Shown here one piece after another: positions 1-9,402 of a stretch of 64,000 nt of DNA. The notes below the pieces were generated by a model. The model saw nothing but the letters and a program-made list of their open reading frames with translations, was not told where the DNA came from and made no database searches. Source of the DNA: a virus; the IMG/VR virus record IMGVR_UViG_3300025687_000029, positions 1-64,000 of that record. One strand, given 5' to 3'. The position numbers and the translations under genes are program-made. Position 1 is the first letter of the stretch. Each line of letters opens with the position of its first letter.

Positions 1-661
1 CACCAGATCCATTTGTATTATCTATCAAATAATCTTGATTTGCTCCGTATGTGACATCCTTTAAGTTTAGTACCACATATAATGCATTAATATCATCACC
101 TGTACCAACATACCCGGTATCTACCAAAGCTGTACCATCAAGATATAAGTAGTCTCTGTTTGTTCCAAGTTCATTAAGTATATAACCTGTTCCAGAACTT
201 ATTGCAGATTGCTTAAATACAAGATCCGATGTTGGTATCTCTAAAGGCTCCTTAATATATTTCAGTATTTTCTTATAGCAATCATAATCTGGAACTACTG
301 AATAAATTAATAATTTAGTTATCCCTATTAATACCTCAGAATCATCTTCTACTATCCCAAGAAATATCTTTGAGCCTACATCTGGCAGAGCAATTAATTC
401 ATCAACTGAAACAATTCCATATCCAAAGACTGTTAAGTCTAGTTTCCCGTCAGCGCGGCTAAATACAGCATTACTTGCATTCGTTGTGTATTGCTTCGTG
501 TACCCTACAATACTGTCTCTAGTTGGGTTGCCTGAATAGTCGTAAGGGACATATATAATGTCTGATCCGTTACTATACACATCAACTTTAACAACATGAT
601 TCCAATAACCTACATTGCCCTGCTGTATAGATACATCTGTTAATGTTAGTTTCTTTGCCAT
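1..661 (-). CDS. Fibre/spike-associated protein, N-terminal part (runs off the window)
   Basis: ATG at 661 overlaps the stop of the 479-aa ORF (TAATG). The frame MAKKLTLTDVSIQQGNVGYW... appears open toward position 1 and lies in the fibre block. Confidence 0.6.
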   Translation of the reverse strand, partial: MAKKLTLTDVSIQQGNVGYWNHVVKVDVYSNGSDIIYVPYDYSGNPTRDSIVGYTKQYTTNASNAVFSRADGKLDLTVFGYGIVSVDELIALPDVGSKIFLGIVEDDSEVLIGITKLLIYSVVPDYDCYKKILKYIKEPLEIPTSDLVFKQSAISSGTGYILNELGTNRDYLYLDGTALVDTGYVGTGDDINALYVVLNLKDVTYGANQDYLIDNTNGSG

Positions 662-2100
662 TAGTTCAATTCTCTAATTTGATCGAAGTCAACAGTACCA
701 CTTGCTACTGTTAACCTTAATTTATAGCTTCCTTTCTTCAATCCAAACAACCTAGTTACCTGTGTTAATGAATCTGCTGTTATATTAATTGTATCGTGCC
801 AATTCTTTTTAACTGAGAAACTATAAGTCTGGCCAGTTGTAATAGTACCCCGCCAATTGTTCACGCTTGCATAATTAGCAGGTATTTTTAATTCTCCACC
901 TGTTACCGTAAAGGTTTCGTCTTGAGTGATTAAAGCACCTGTGCGTATATCTACTGCATTAGTAACATCACGCAATGTGTATTCAGTCGCACTTGTCATT
1001 GTCACGAGAAACTCTCTTTCAGTCTCATTATTAGAAAGGATATTACTATTAACGATTATCTTATGTAAGCCTGTAAGATAATTATTTGCTGCTGTCGCAT
1101 AATCTTTAATTAAAGTGCTAGGTGCTACACCATCAACTAATACATCAACACTGCCAACACCACTACCGAACATTGCTATCTCAACACCAACACCATCGAA
1201 GTCTACTTCAATGTAATCGGATACAGTCGAACTTCTTAATGTATTGACTGTCTTGTCCGTATTTATTTCTTGACTTGCAAAAGTGCCACTTGACACAATT
1301 TCTGTAATATCACTCAACTCGACTGCATCAGCGCAATTATAACTATTTTCCTTATTGGTATAAGAAATACTTAAATGTTCATTAAGGTGTAGTTCTTGAA
1401 AGAATACATCAAACAAATCACTTGCATATACATCATAAAAGTACTGCAACCTATGCACATTATCTGCTGTTACCTGCTCTTTGGTTACATCACCATTAAT
1501 CAAATCTCTGATCAACTTTAAATCCCAATCATAAACACCGCATCCGTATTTTGCAGCTAACGAATACATGTATTGCCGGATAATATAACTACCAGAAGCT
1601 TTGAATCCTGCAATATTTCCATTAGATAATAAATCCATATCACCCCCAGAAATTGGAAAAGGATTAATTAAAACAGATGCGCTTGTGTATTCTCTAATTC
1701 TTTTTAGTAAGCTTTCAAATATTTCAGCCTGCCTTGCTCCACCTTCATATTCTTCAATAATAAGTAGATCAGGATTGTAATTAATGATTTCCTCAACTAA
1801 AGCTGCATGGTAATCTGAACCTGTTCCACCTAACTGAGCATGCTTATATTCAATATCAACATTCGGAAACCGTGCATCTAAGGCAAGTTGAAATTCATTC
1901 AAGTAACTATTCCAAATCGAGTCAGCCCAAACGCTTACTCTTATAGTATTATCTTTATATACATTCTTACTACTTCGAATCTTAGATATAAAATTCTGTA
2001 TTGCGAAATTAGGGAATTGGAATAATTGATTAAAATTGTCGTTTAAATTAGGTTGTAAATCAACGCCCCATGTACCTCTATGTGCTATATCTTGTCTCAT
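661..2100 (-). CDS. Virion-associated SGNH/GDSL-type esterase with a beta-rich C-terminal domain
   Basis: GDS-like block VWADSI, a GG-rich block, and DxxH motif DNVH; located among fibre genes. Confidence 0.6.
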   Translation of the reverse strand: MRQDIAHRGTWGVDLQPNLNDNFNQLFQFPNFAIQNFISKIRSSKNVYKDNTIRVSVWADSIWNSYLNEFQLALDARFPNVDIEYKHAQLGGTGSDYHAALVEEIINYNPDLLIIEEYEGGARQAEIFESLLKRIREYTSASVLINPFPISGGDMDLLSNGNIAGFKASGSYIIRQYMYSLAAKYGCGVYDWDLKLIRDLINGDVTKEQVTADNVHRLQYFYDVYASDLFDVFFQELHLNEHLSISYTNKENSYNCADAVELSDITEIVSSGTFASQEINTDKTVNTLRSSTVSDYIEVDFDGVGVEIAMFGSGVGSVDVLVDGVAPSTLIKDYATAANNYLTGLHKIIVNSNILSNNETEREFLVTMTSATEYTLRDVTNAVDIRTGALITQDETFTVTGGELKIPANYASVNNWRGTITTGQTYSFSVKKNWHDTINITADSLTQVTRLFGLKKGSYKLRLTVASGTVDFDQIRELN

Positions 2101-3605
2101 TAGCTTAATTGTGTGTATTCGTGAATATAGGTTTCAGGTTCAATCTCTGATAATTGAATATTAGGCAAATCTTGCTTTATCGTCAGATTAGAAATTGCAC
2201 TTCCTGACTTTGTTTTTTCAATATTTTCCGACTCAACAAGTGCATCAATCGCAGCGTAATTATAATTACCTGCCGATAGTATTAAATTCAATGGATAAAA
2301 CTCAGGAACTACATATTGATTAGGCAGCCCGTCAATTATGCCAGAACCTTTAGGATATTGTATTGCATTTCCTTGTGCATCTGCCGATTCATCTTCTAAA
2401 GCACATACCACATCAGCACCATCAAATGAAAACCCTTTAAATAAATGATACGGGTATATATTTGCTTTGCCCGATTTCAAGCTTGCCAAATCAGTACTTG
2501 ATTGTGTTAGGTGATTACCATTTCCTGATACATCGTAAGGAGCTGCGAAATTAGGGATATAAACATCATCATTAAATTTAAAATGATAATATAAAGCGTC
2601 TGAATTGAATGAGTCTGCTGTTCCTAGAACATTCTCATGTGCAAAACGAATTATACTATCTGTTTGAATAGTTGTCACTCTGCTTTTACTACCAATCAAT
2701 AGATCATCCACAAATAAACTAAACTCATCACCTCTACGAGTAATCTTACAAACATAATCAGTGTTTAAATCTATAGTCTTAAATAGTTTTGTAGAATTTG
2801 CAATATCAAATTCTAAAATCAAATCACTAGCTGGTCTATATGTGACAATCCGAAAATATTCACCTGTTGCAGATTGCAACCTATTAACAAATAACAAATT
2901 AATATCTTGACGTGCATTAAATGCAATTTCAAGATCAAAATCTTGATTAAAATCTAATATATTTGCAGGCAATTCATACTTCGACTGCTCTCCCATGACC
3001 ACATTCCCACATGGTGAATCTATGATATTTACATCATTATTAAATCCACTCGAATCTTCATATTTGTAATCTGTTCCGGATACAACAGGTATTGAATTAA
3101 ATACATTCATTAGTGATTGAAGCGTGTAATCATCTTCATATACTGCTCCACTTCTATCATCTTCCTCAGTTGTATCACCTGAACTCATTAAGAATTCCAA
3201 TACAGGATCCGATTGTATAGAATCCGCATAACATTTAACTCTTGAATAGTAACCTGCTACATAAAGATCGTTAGCGTAGCCAATCAGTAACTTGAATGCA
3301 TCAATAGAAAATACATCTTCTGTTTTAGTTTCCCATGTAACATTATCTATTGAATACAATACTTCAACCCTATTGACATAACCGACTATAATATCTTCAA
3401 TCTCCCCAATTGATGTTAACCCATCAAATTGCAAACAGTTGCTTATTACTTCAACATCATTACCCGCATCAGTCTTATCTAATACTTGAGTGTAATCTGA
3501 ATTGTACAAGCCTTGCCAGAAGTCAAGATTGTCGGTGCATTGTAATAAAACTCCACTCCTACTTCCTATAAAAGGAATTGGTATAATTGAATTTATTAAA
3601 CTCAT
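2100..3605 (-). CDS. Fibre protein with LamG/concanavalin-A-like lectin domain(s)
   Basis: Beta-sandwich pattern (CKITRRGDEFSLFVDD; YDVSGNGNHLT); translationally coupled to its neighbours. Confidence 0.55.
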   Translation of the reverse strand: MSLINSIIPIPFIGSRSGVLLQCTDNLDFWQGLYNSDYTQVLDKTDAGNDVEVISNCLQFDGLTSIGEIEDIIVGYVNRVEVLYSIDNVTWETKTEDVFSIDAFKLLIGYANDLYVAGYYSRVKCYADSIQSDPVLEFLMSSGDTTEEDDRSGAVYEDDYTLQSLMNVFNSIPVVSGTDYKYEDSSGFNNDVNIIDSPCGNVVMGEQSKYELPANILDFNQDFDLEIAFNARQDINLLFVNRLQSATGEYFRIVTYRPASDLILEFDIANSTKLFKTIDLNTDYVCKITRRGDEFSLFVDDLLIGSKSRVTTIQTDSIIRFAHENVLGTADSFNSDALYYHFKFNDDVYIPNFAAPYDVSGNGNHLTQSSTDLASLKSGKANIYPYHLFKGFSFDGADVVCALEDESADAQGNAIQYPKGSGIIDGLPNQYVVPEFYPLNLILSAGNYNYAAIDALVESENIEKTKSGSAISNLTIKQDLPNIQLSEIEPETYIHEYTQLS

Positions 3606-3901
3606 TATCTATATATTACTAGACCTGTAGCTGTTGTTCCACTATTAAAAACTTTAGTAATTCTTATTGGTAACCATGATCCATCTGGTATATTGGTAAG
3701 AGTTACTTCTCCACAATTCATTCCTTGAATAGCAATATTACCTCCAGTACCAACAAAGACACCAAATCCTTTAGCATCTTCATAATCATTTGATGATACA
3801 TCAATCTCTTCAAATGCAGATCCTTGATAGATCACATCATTATTATATGAGTCTACAGTTCCAACTCTTTTTGTACTTACATTCTCTTCTTTTAATGCCA
3901 T
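3605..3901 (-). CDS. Spike/fibre base protein resembling the RcGTA Rcc01079 head-spike base
   Basis: Motif VFVGTGGNIAI...IPDGSWLPIRITKVFNSGTTATGLV; 98 aa; directly upstream of fibre genes. Confidence 0.6.
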   Translation of the reverse strand: MALKEENVSTKRVGTVDSYNNDVIYQGSAFEEIDVSSNDYEDAKGFGVFVGTGGNIAIQGMNCGEVTLTNIPDGSWLPIRITKVFNSGTTATGLVIYR

Positions 3902-3907
3902 AATATT

Positions 3908-4540
3908 TTATTTTTTTAAACCACCTTGTAAATGAAGATAGTGATTAAATACATTATATGTTAATCCATTATCTTCTATATAATTTGCCAGAGTTATCTC
4001 TTCTACATGCCAAAGTGCATCAAAATCAACTTCTCTAATAAATGAATTTTTTATCTTATTTAATACCTGATCTGCATACTCAATAGCTTTATTTGGATCT
4101 TTAAATCCTTCTAAACCTGTACAAGGAATACCGGGTAATTTGTCAATTGGTTTTAAATTATATTCTTTTAAATATTTACCAAATATACCTGATCTAAATC
4201 TTTCTAAATATATATCTTCTTGAAGTGATTCCAATTTATCATATAGAACTGCATCAGGATCTACCATTATAAATGGCTCTGTTTGTAGTTTATATACTTG
4301 CAATTTACCTATTGAATAGTACCTATCATCAATATTTTCAAAATCTATTACTTCTATATTAACAGGAAGAACGTCTTTAATAACTTCATATCCTACAGAA
4401 TCAGTATAAATAGTTACATCATAATTTTCGTTATGAATAGCAGTAGTTTTTTTCCAAAAATCTAATAAAGATCTTTTAGTTGGAAAACCACACTTTATGT
4501 TATCTCCTTCAAAAGTATTATATATTTGTATTAATTTCAT
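3908..4540 (-). CDS. Putative GT-A glycosyltransferase-like protein (DUF6734-like)
   Basis: VTIYTD...GKLQVY...EPFIMVDPD (DxD motif). Confidence 0.5.
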   Translation of the reverse strand: MKLIQIYNTFEGDNIKCGFPTKRSLLDFWKKTTAIHNENYDVTIYTDSVGYEVIKDVLPVNIEVIDFENIDDRYYSIGKLQVYKLQTEPFIMVDPDAVLYDKLESLQEDIYLERFRSGIFGKYLKEYNLKPIDKLPGIPCTGLEGFKDPNKAIEYADQVLNKIKNSFIREVDFDALWHVEEITLANYIEDNGLTYNVFNHYLHLQGGLKK

Positions 4541-6201
4541 ACTAAGTCATCTTTTATTTTAGTACCTCTTAAAGTTATTATTCTTTCATAATCTCCTTGA
4601 TCTGAGCCTGTAGTATTATCTTCCCCTGTACTTCCACAAGAAGAAAAAAATTGAAAAGTTATATCTTTATCTGATAAATCTATCATTCTAGTTCCACTTA
4701 CTTGAGTATAATCAGGGGAAAAGTCAGTTTGATTTGTTTCATACAAATACTGACCCTTTTCTCCAGAATAAGTTAATACTGAAGATTTTAATTGAAAACT
4801 CTCTCCATAAAAATGATTTATCCTCCAAGATAACCACTGAGTTCCTAAACCAGCAATAGGTACAAATCCATCTATACTATTTGTAACAGTACTATTATAT
4901 AAAAATGTAATATCTTTATCACCAAAAGCTGACGAAGAATCAACTGATATATCAGGCCCACCCCCACTATCTGTTACAACGACACTCGATATAGTCTTTA
5001 AATTAGACCTGTTTACAATTTGTAGAGAATCACTTGCATATATAACACCCTGACAATCTACAGAACTACTTGATAATCCAATCTCCAATTGTTCAAATAC
5101 TTCTGACCAGTTCTCACTAGCTGTAGTATTAACTAAGTCAGCTCCTACTACTGCTATGGAACTAATAGTAAAAGTACCATCAGTTATTCTTAAATATCCT
5201 GTATCTTCAGTATTATATTCAGTTGTACATTTCTCTGATAATCCTGCTTTTATTTCTTTTAAAACCATTTCCCAAGTATCACCTGAGCCATTTGTAGTGT
5301 AAGAGGATGTCTCTGTATTACCATTATCATAAGTAATTGTAACACTGTACAATGTAGATCCTGTAGGAGAAGCTACACTACCATTAACTCTCACACTGGC
5401 AGCATCAGTAGTATAATCAACTACATCAGTACTTGCATCATTATATGTAATAGTTAATTCATATTTTTGCCCTGCATCAGGATATGATTCACTAGGGGTT
5501 ATGTTATATATTGTTCCTGGATACCATAAAAAATATGCTTCAATACTATCTAATCTACCGTATCTTTGTAATGAAGGTTTATAATTTATAAGTAAAGAAT
5601 CATAAGAATTATTACTATAATTTTCTCGTACTACTGAATCAATTCCAACTAATGCAAGAGCATCTTTTATTTCAGTTAATATGTCAACAGTTGTGTATGT
5701 AGGATCATTTGGAATATCAATATTAACTACTCTATCTATAGAACCTGTTATCAACGTTGGATAATCCTGAATTAAAAATCTAAGTGTTAATTGGGTATTA
5801 TATGGAAAAATCTTTATATTTTTATTTATTCTCAAATAACAATTAAAATAAAATCCACCAGGCTCAGTTACTACCACATCTAACATATTATCAAAATATA
5901 ACTGAGCATTTTCTTGTTCAAAAAGAGTTATGGTATAATCTCTATCACAAGATACTTTATATTTAATTTTAATATCAAATTCTCCATTAGGATACTCCGT
6001 TTTATACATTGTATAGTCATCAGTAACCTCAGTAGTACAAATATTATCACACTCCCCAACACCAACTCCGGCAGCATTTAAATATTCTAATACAGGTGCG
6101 CGATGATACTGTAATCCTGATATTTCACCTTTCTTCCTCCATATTCCTATTTCATCGGAAGGATGATAATCTTCTCTTCTTTGTGCTGGATATTGTGACA
6201 T
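4537..6201 (-). CDS. Structural (tail/fibre) protein with a nested repeated domain
   Basis: S/T-rich beta protein in the structural block; internal repeat Y.(L/V)TITY...YTT. Confidence 0.55.
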   Translation of the reverse strand: MSQYPAQRREDYHPSDEIGIWRKKGEISGLQYHRAPVLEYLNAAGVGVGECDNICTTEVTDDYTMYKTEYPNGEFDIKIKYKVSCDRDYTITLFEQENAQLYFDNMLDVVVTEPGGFYFNCYLRINKNIKIFPYNTQLTLRFLIQDYPTLITGSIDRVVNIDIPNDPTYTTVDILTEIKDALALVGIDSVVRENYSNNSYDSLLINYKPSLQRYGRLDSIEAYFLWYPGTIYNITPSESYPDAGQKYELTITYNDASTDVVDYTTDAASVRVNGSVASPTGSTLYSVTITYDNGNTETSSYTTNGSGDTWEMVLKEIKAGLSEKCTTEYNTEDTGYLRITDGTFTISSIAVVGADLVNTTASENWSEVFEQLEIGLSSSSVDCQGVIYASDSLQIVNRSNLKTISSVVVTDSGGGPDISVDSSSAFGDKDITFLYNSTVTNSIDGFVPIAGLGTQWLSWRINHFYGESFQLKSSVLTYSGEKGQYLYETNQTDFSPDYTQVSGTRMIDLSDKDITFQFFSSCGSTGEDNTTGSDQGDYERIITLRGTKIKDDLV

Positions 6202-6211
6202 ATATTATTCT

Positions 6212-7192
6212 TTAAAAACTAATACTATAAATATTACCTTCTGGATCAACCAATATTCTAATTTTATAAACATCGTCAGGTGTTACTCCTAAAAATTCAA
6301 TTGGAGTTCCTATATTAACAGTTATGTTATATCCTCCGGTAGAGTCAACGTTTAAATATAATAGATATTCTCCACCTAAAACTTCATTAGTAGCAGTAAT
6401 AACTGTATTACCTGTAATAGGCATACTTTGTACTTTTGCTTTAGACAAATCAAATTCTTTAGTTGTACTAAATATTTCTACAGAAACATTATTAGATATT
6501 TCATAAAAATCACTTATAGTTAAACTATTAGCAGTACCTTGAATCATATTGATATTTCCCAATGTATTTATATTTACATCAGCATTAGCTCCATCTGCTG
6601 TAACAGTAGATGAAACAGAAGCAGTCATATATCTTACCTTTAAAGTAACTGTTCCAAGGCCATATGCATTACTAAAAGAAGTAAAAGTACCTGTTATATT
6701 TAATCTAGATCTTATGTCTAATATAAAAGTCCCTGCACTAAAAGATCCAAAACCTGCTACTCCTCCTGACGCTGGAATAGTTAAAGTATATAATCCATCA
6801 ATAAATACATTCCTTGCTGAAATAAAAACAGCATTACTACTAGCAGTTATGTCAGCAGTTAGTATAATATATATAGGAGAGTCTGTATCTCTTATCAAAG
6901 CAGCTTGCAGCTCAGCATAAGTTGCTACATAAGTAATAGAAGAACCTCCTACAGACTTCCAATTAGCTGTATTAGTCCAAGTAGAGTTAGCTGTATTAGC
7001 TCCAAAAAATTTATAAGTAGTTTGTTCAGAAACTACAACAACCTCTCCTCCTACTTTTCTTTTATCAGAAGCTATAGCATCTCGTTCTGCTACATTATTA
7101 ACAATCTGTAGTCCTCTGATATTATTAGTATCAGCAATTGCAAAATTGTCTTCATTTGAATGTTTATATTCGTCTGGTCTAAATAATGCCAT
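6212..7192 (-). CDS. Tail fibre-like protein
   Basis: N-terminal VNNVAERDAI...RKVG..V.V motif typical of fibre modules; beta-rich middle region. Confidence 0.55.
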   Translation of the reverse strand: MALFRPDEYKHSNEDNFAIADTNNIRGLQIVNNVAERDAIASDKRKVGGEVVVVSEQTTYKFFGANTANSTWTNTANWKSVGGSSITYVATYAELQAALIRDTDSPIYIILTADITASSNAVFISARNVFIDGLYTLTIPASGGVAGFGSFSAGTFILDIRSRLNITGTFTSFSNAYGLGTVTLKVRYMTASVSSTVTADGANADVNINTLGNINMIQGTANSLTISDFYEISNNVSVEIFSTTKEFDLSKAKVQSMPITGNTVITATNEVLGGEYLLYLNVDSTGGYNITVNIGTPIEFLGVTPDDVYKIRILVDPEGNIYSISF

Positions 7193-7197
7193 AATTT

Positions 7198-8145
7198 TTA
7201 AGATATTGTTAATGTTTGACCATTCTGATAAGCCCCTGTTGCTGTAGAAATATAAACTCTATAACTTTCAGTATGCCCGTAACTATTAGTATAATTAAAA
7301 TCTCCTACTTTTGTAAATGCACTTAGTACAGGAGTTGATCCATCAAGAACTACATTACTTAAATCACCAAACTTTGCAGCATATGCTATATATGTATAGT
7401 TACTTGCATTTTGATTATCAGCAGTACAAGTAACACTTCTATCCTTACCTGCTCGTAGTTCAGATTGTTGTAAATTAGGTAATACTGCTGTAGCAGTAGT
7501 TTGATCAGTAACTTCAGTAGAATTTGCACCAAATAAATGAGCAAATCTCCAAGTTGCTGTATAAGTTCTATTTAAAACATCTTGTTCTGCATTTTCTCCT
7601 GTTATTGTCCAAGCTTGAGTTGTATTTGAAGTTTTGGTTACATCTTCAGTTGCCGCATCATCAGCAGCATGAGGAGAACTGGTAATAACAGTAGTAGGAT
7701 CAAATCCAGGACCTACTATTTGAATATTACTAGGTGGATCTCCTTCTGTATCATTTACTACTGTATAAGTTGCCTGAGTTACTGTTATTGTTCTACCAAC
7801 TTCTATTATATTGGTTCCAACATCATTTGTTACTGCAAAACTACTAAATGCTGAAGTTAGATAAGGAGCTAATAGATCTTTTACAAATTGAGTTAAAGTA
7901 GTTCCTTCAGGAATAACATCTGCAACTTCATATCCTCCAACTGATACAACTGAGGTTATATCTTCTTCAATTACAGGAGTATATGAGCCTGGAGGTAAAG
8001 TACCAGGGTCTCCTGTATCACCTGTTTGATCAAAATTAGGTATTAATTCCTTTACTTTAATTTTTGATCTTACAGGAGTACCTCCTTTATTGATAATAAC
8101 TTCTATAAAGTCATCTCCTGATATATTAATTACCTTTGGTGGCAT
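7198..8145 (-). CDS. Structural fibre-associated protein
   Basis: T-rich; VGGY...IPEGTTLTQFVKDLL and YTYIAYAAKFGDLS motifs are typical of Bacteroidota phage virion proteins. Confidence 0.5.
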   Translation of the reverse strand: MPPKVINISGDDFIEVIINKGGTPVRSKIKVKELIPNFDQTGDTGDPGTLPPGSYTPVIEEDITSVVSVGGYEVADVIPEGTTLTQFVKDLLAPYLTSAFSSFAVTNDVGTNIIEVGRTITVTQATYTVVNDTEGDPPSNIQIVGPGFDPTTVITSSPHAADDAATEDVTKTSNTTQAWTITGENAEQDVLNRTYTATWRFAHLFGANSTEVTDQTTATAVLPNLQQSELRAGKDRSVTCTADNQNASNYTYIAYAAKFGDLSNVVLDGSTPVLSAFTKVGDFNYTNSYGHTESYRVYISTATGAYQNGQTLTIS

Positions 8146-8146
8146 A

Positions 8147-8470
8147 TTAAAAAGTTTCCCTAATTGATTTATAATTCTCTACATCTGTTAAGAATGTAGG
8201 TTTATATCTAGTTCCTAGTAATTTATTTAAAGTCTCTGATAAGTTAATTACTTCTGGAATAGTTAAAATGTTTATACTAAATCCATTAGTAGAAGTTACC
8301 TGGAGATCTTCATTTATATATTTTATAATAAACTGAGCTATCTTAACTCTTTTTTTATATTTATTCAAGTCTTTGCTGAAAATATCATACTTATTACATA
8401 GATCCATAACAAGATCATGATAGTCTGAATTAATTTGGCTTTTATATGTTGAAAACTCAGTTAGTGTCAT
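8147..8470 (-). CDS. Putative tail hub protein (small)
   Basis: Position and size after the Cys-tailed hub gene, as in crAss-like gene order. Confidence 0.35.
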   Translation of the reverse strand: MTLTEFSTYKSQINSDYHDLVMDLCNKYDIFSKDLNKYKKRVKIAQFIIKYINEDLQVTSTNGFSINILTIPEVINLSETLNKLLGTRYKPTFLTDVENYKSIRETF

Positions 8471-8473
8471 ATC

Positions 8474-9325
8474 TTAATAGCATTGACAATCCTCATCATC
8501 ACATATAGCTTCAAGTTTACTAATAACATCTTGAGCTTCTGTAATATCTTCTGTATTGTTAATTTCTTTAACTTCCAAAGATAACATTAAGCCTGAAGCT
8601 TCAATTATATATCCTATACAATCATCATTACAGGAATTACAATTTTCAAGTTCAGGTATTCTTCCAATCAATCTTAATATACATTGTTTAATACTACAAT
8701 ATACAGGAAGATAATAATCTCTGGTATAATCTACTCCTCCTACAGTATAAGCTACTTCAACAACATATACATCATTAACAAATGTACTTGTTGTCTGAGT
8801 TGGGGTTACTATAGCTGTATCACTATTGTCAGAGGTAATAATAATTCCACTTATAGTTTTTGTACCATTACCAATAAATACTGATTGTAAAGTATTATCA
8901 TAGTTTGCTGAAGCCCAACCTTGAGTATTAATATCTGTTACTATATCATCAAAAATATCCAACCATGTATCAGGAGGAACTGTTGCAGCATAACTAGCAT
9001 TAGCAGAAGCCCCATCTGTAAATGATATATTTATTGAATATGTTGTAGAATTTGTAGGGAAAGTTGTAGTATTATAATATCTATAACTTACAAGATCGCT
9101 TGCTGCTATAGTTCCCCATGTTGTTGCTGTTTGTGGCGAGGTTACACTCAGGGCCTCTGCTAAATATTCTGTCTGATTATATCTCCTTAGTCTAAAACTT
9201 AATGCTGATATTGTATCAGCAGGATCTCCTTCTTCAATACATAAATCAGAGTATATGTCATTATATATCACTAATGATTCACAATCATATTGATATTGTA
9301 TCTTTGGACAAATTTTATAACTCAT
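8474..9325 (-). CDS. Putative tail hub protein
   Basis: Cys clusters (CNSCNDDC; C-terminal CDDEDCQCY) and synteny. Confidence 0.45.
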   Translation of the reverse strand: MSYKICPKIQYQYDCESLVIYNDIYSDLCIEEGDPADTISALSFRLRRYNQTEYLAEALSVTSPQTATTWGTIAASDLVSYRYYNTTTFPTNSTTYSINISFTDGASANASYAATVPPDTWLDIFDDIVTDINTQGWASANYDNTLQSVFIGNGTKTISGIIITSDNSDTAIVTPTQTTSTFVNDVYVVEVAYTVGGVDYTRDYYLPVYCSIKQCILRLIGRIPELENCNSCNDDCIGYIIEASGLMLSLEVKEINNTEDITEAQDVISKLEAICDDEDCQCY

Positions 9326-9342
9326 AGTAATACAAAGATAAA

Positions 9343-9379
9343 TAAAAAAAGGAGACTATTATAAGCCTCCCTTTTTTTT
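9343..9379 (-). terminator. Intrinsic terminator after the 499-aa gene
   Basis: GGAG...CTCC hairpin flanked by A and T runs. Confidence 0.55.
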
Positions 9380-9402
9380 ATTATCAAAAATCTATTTAGA
9401 TA

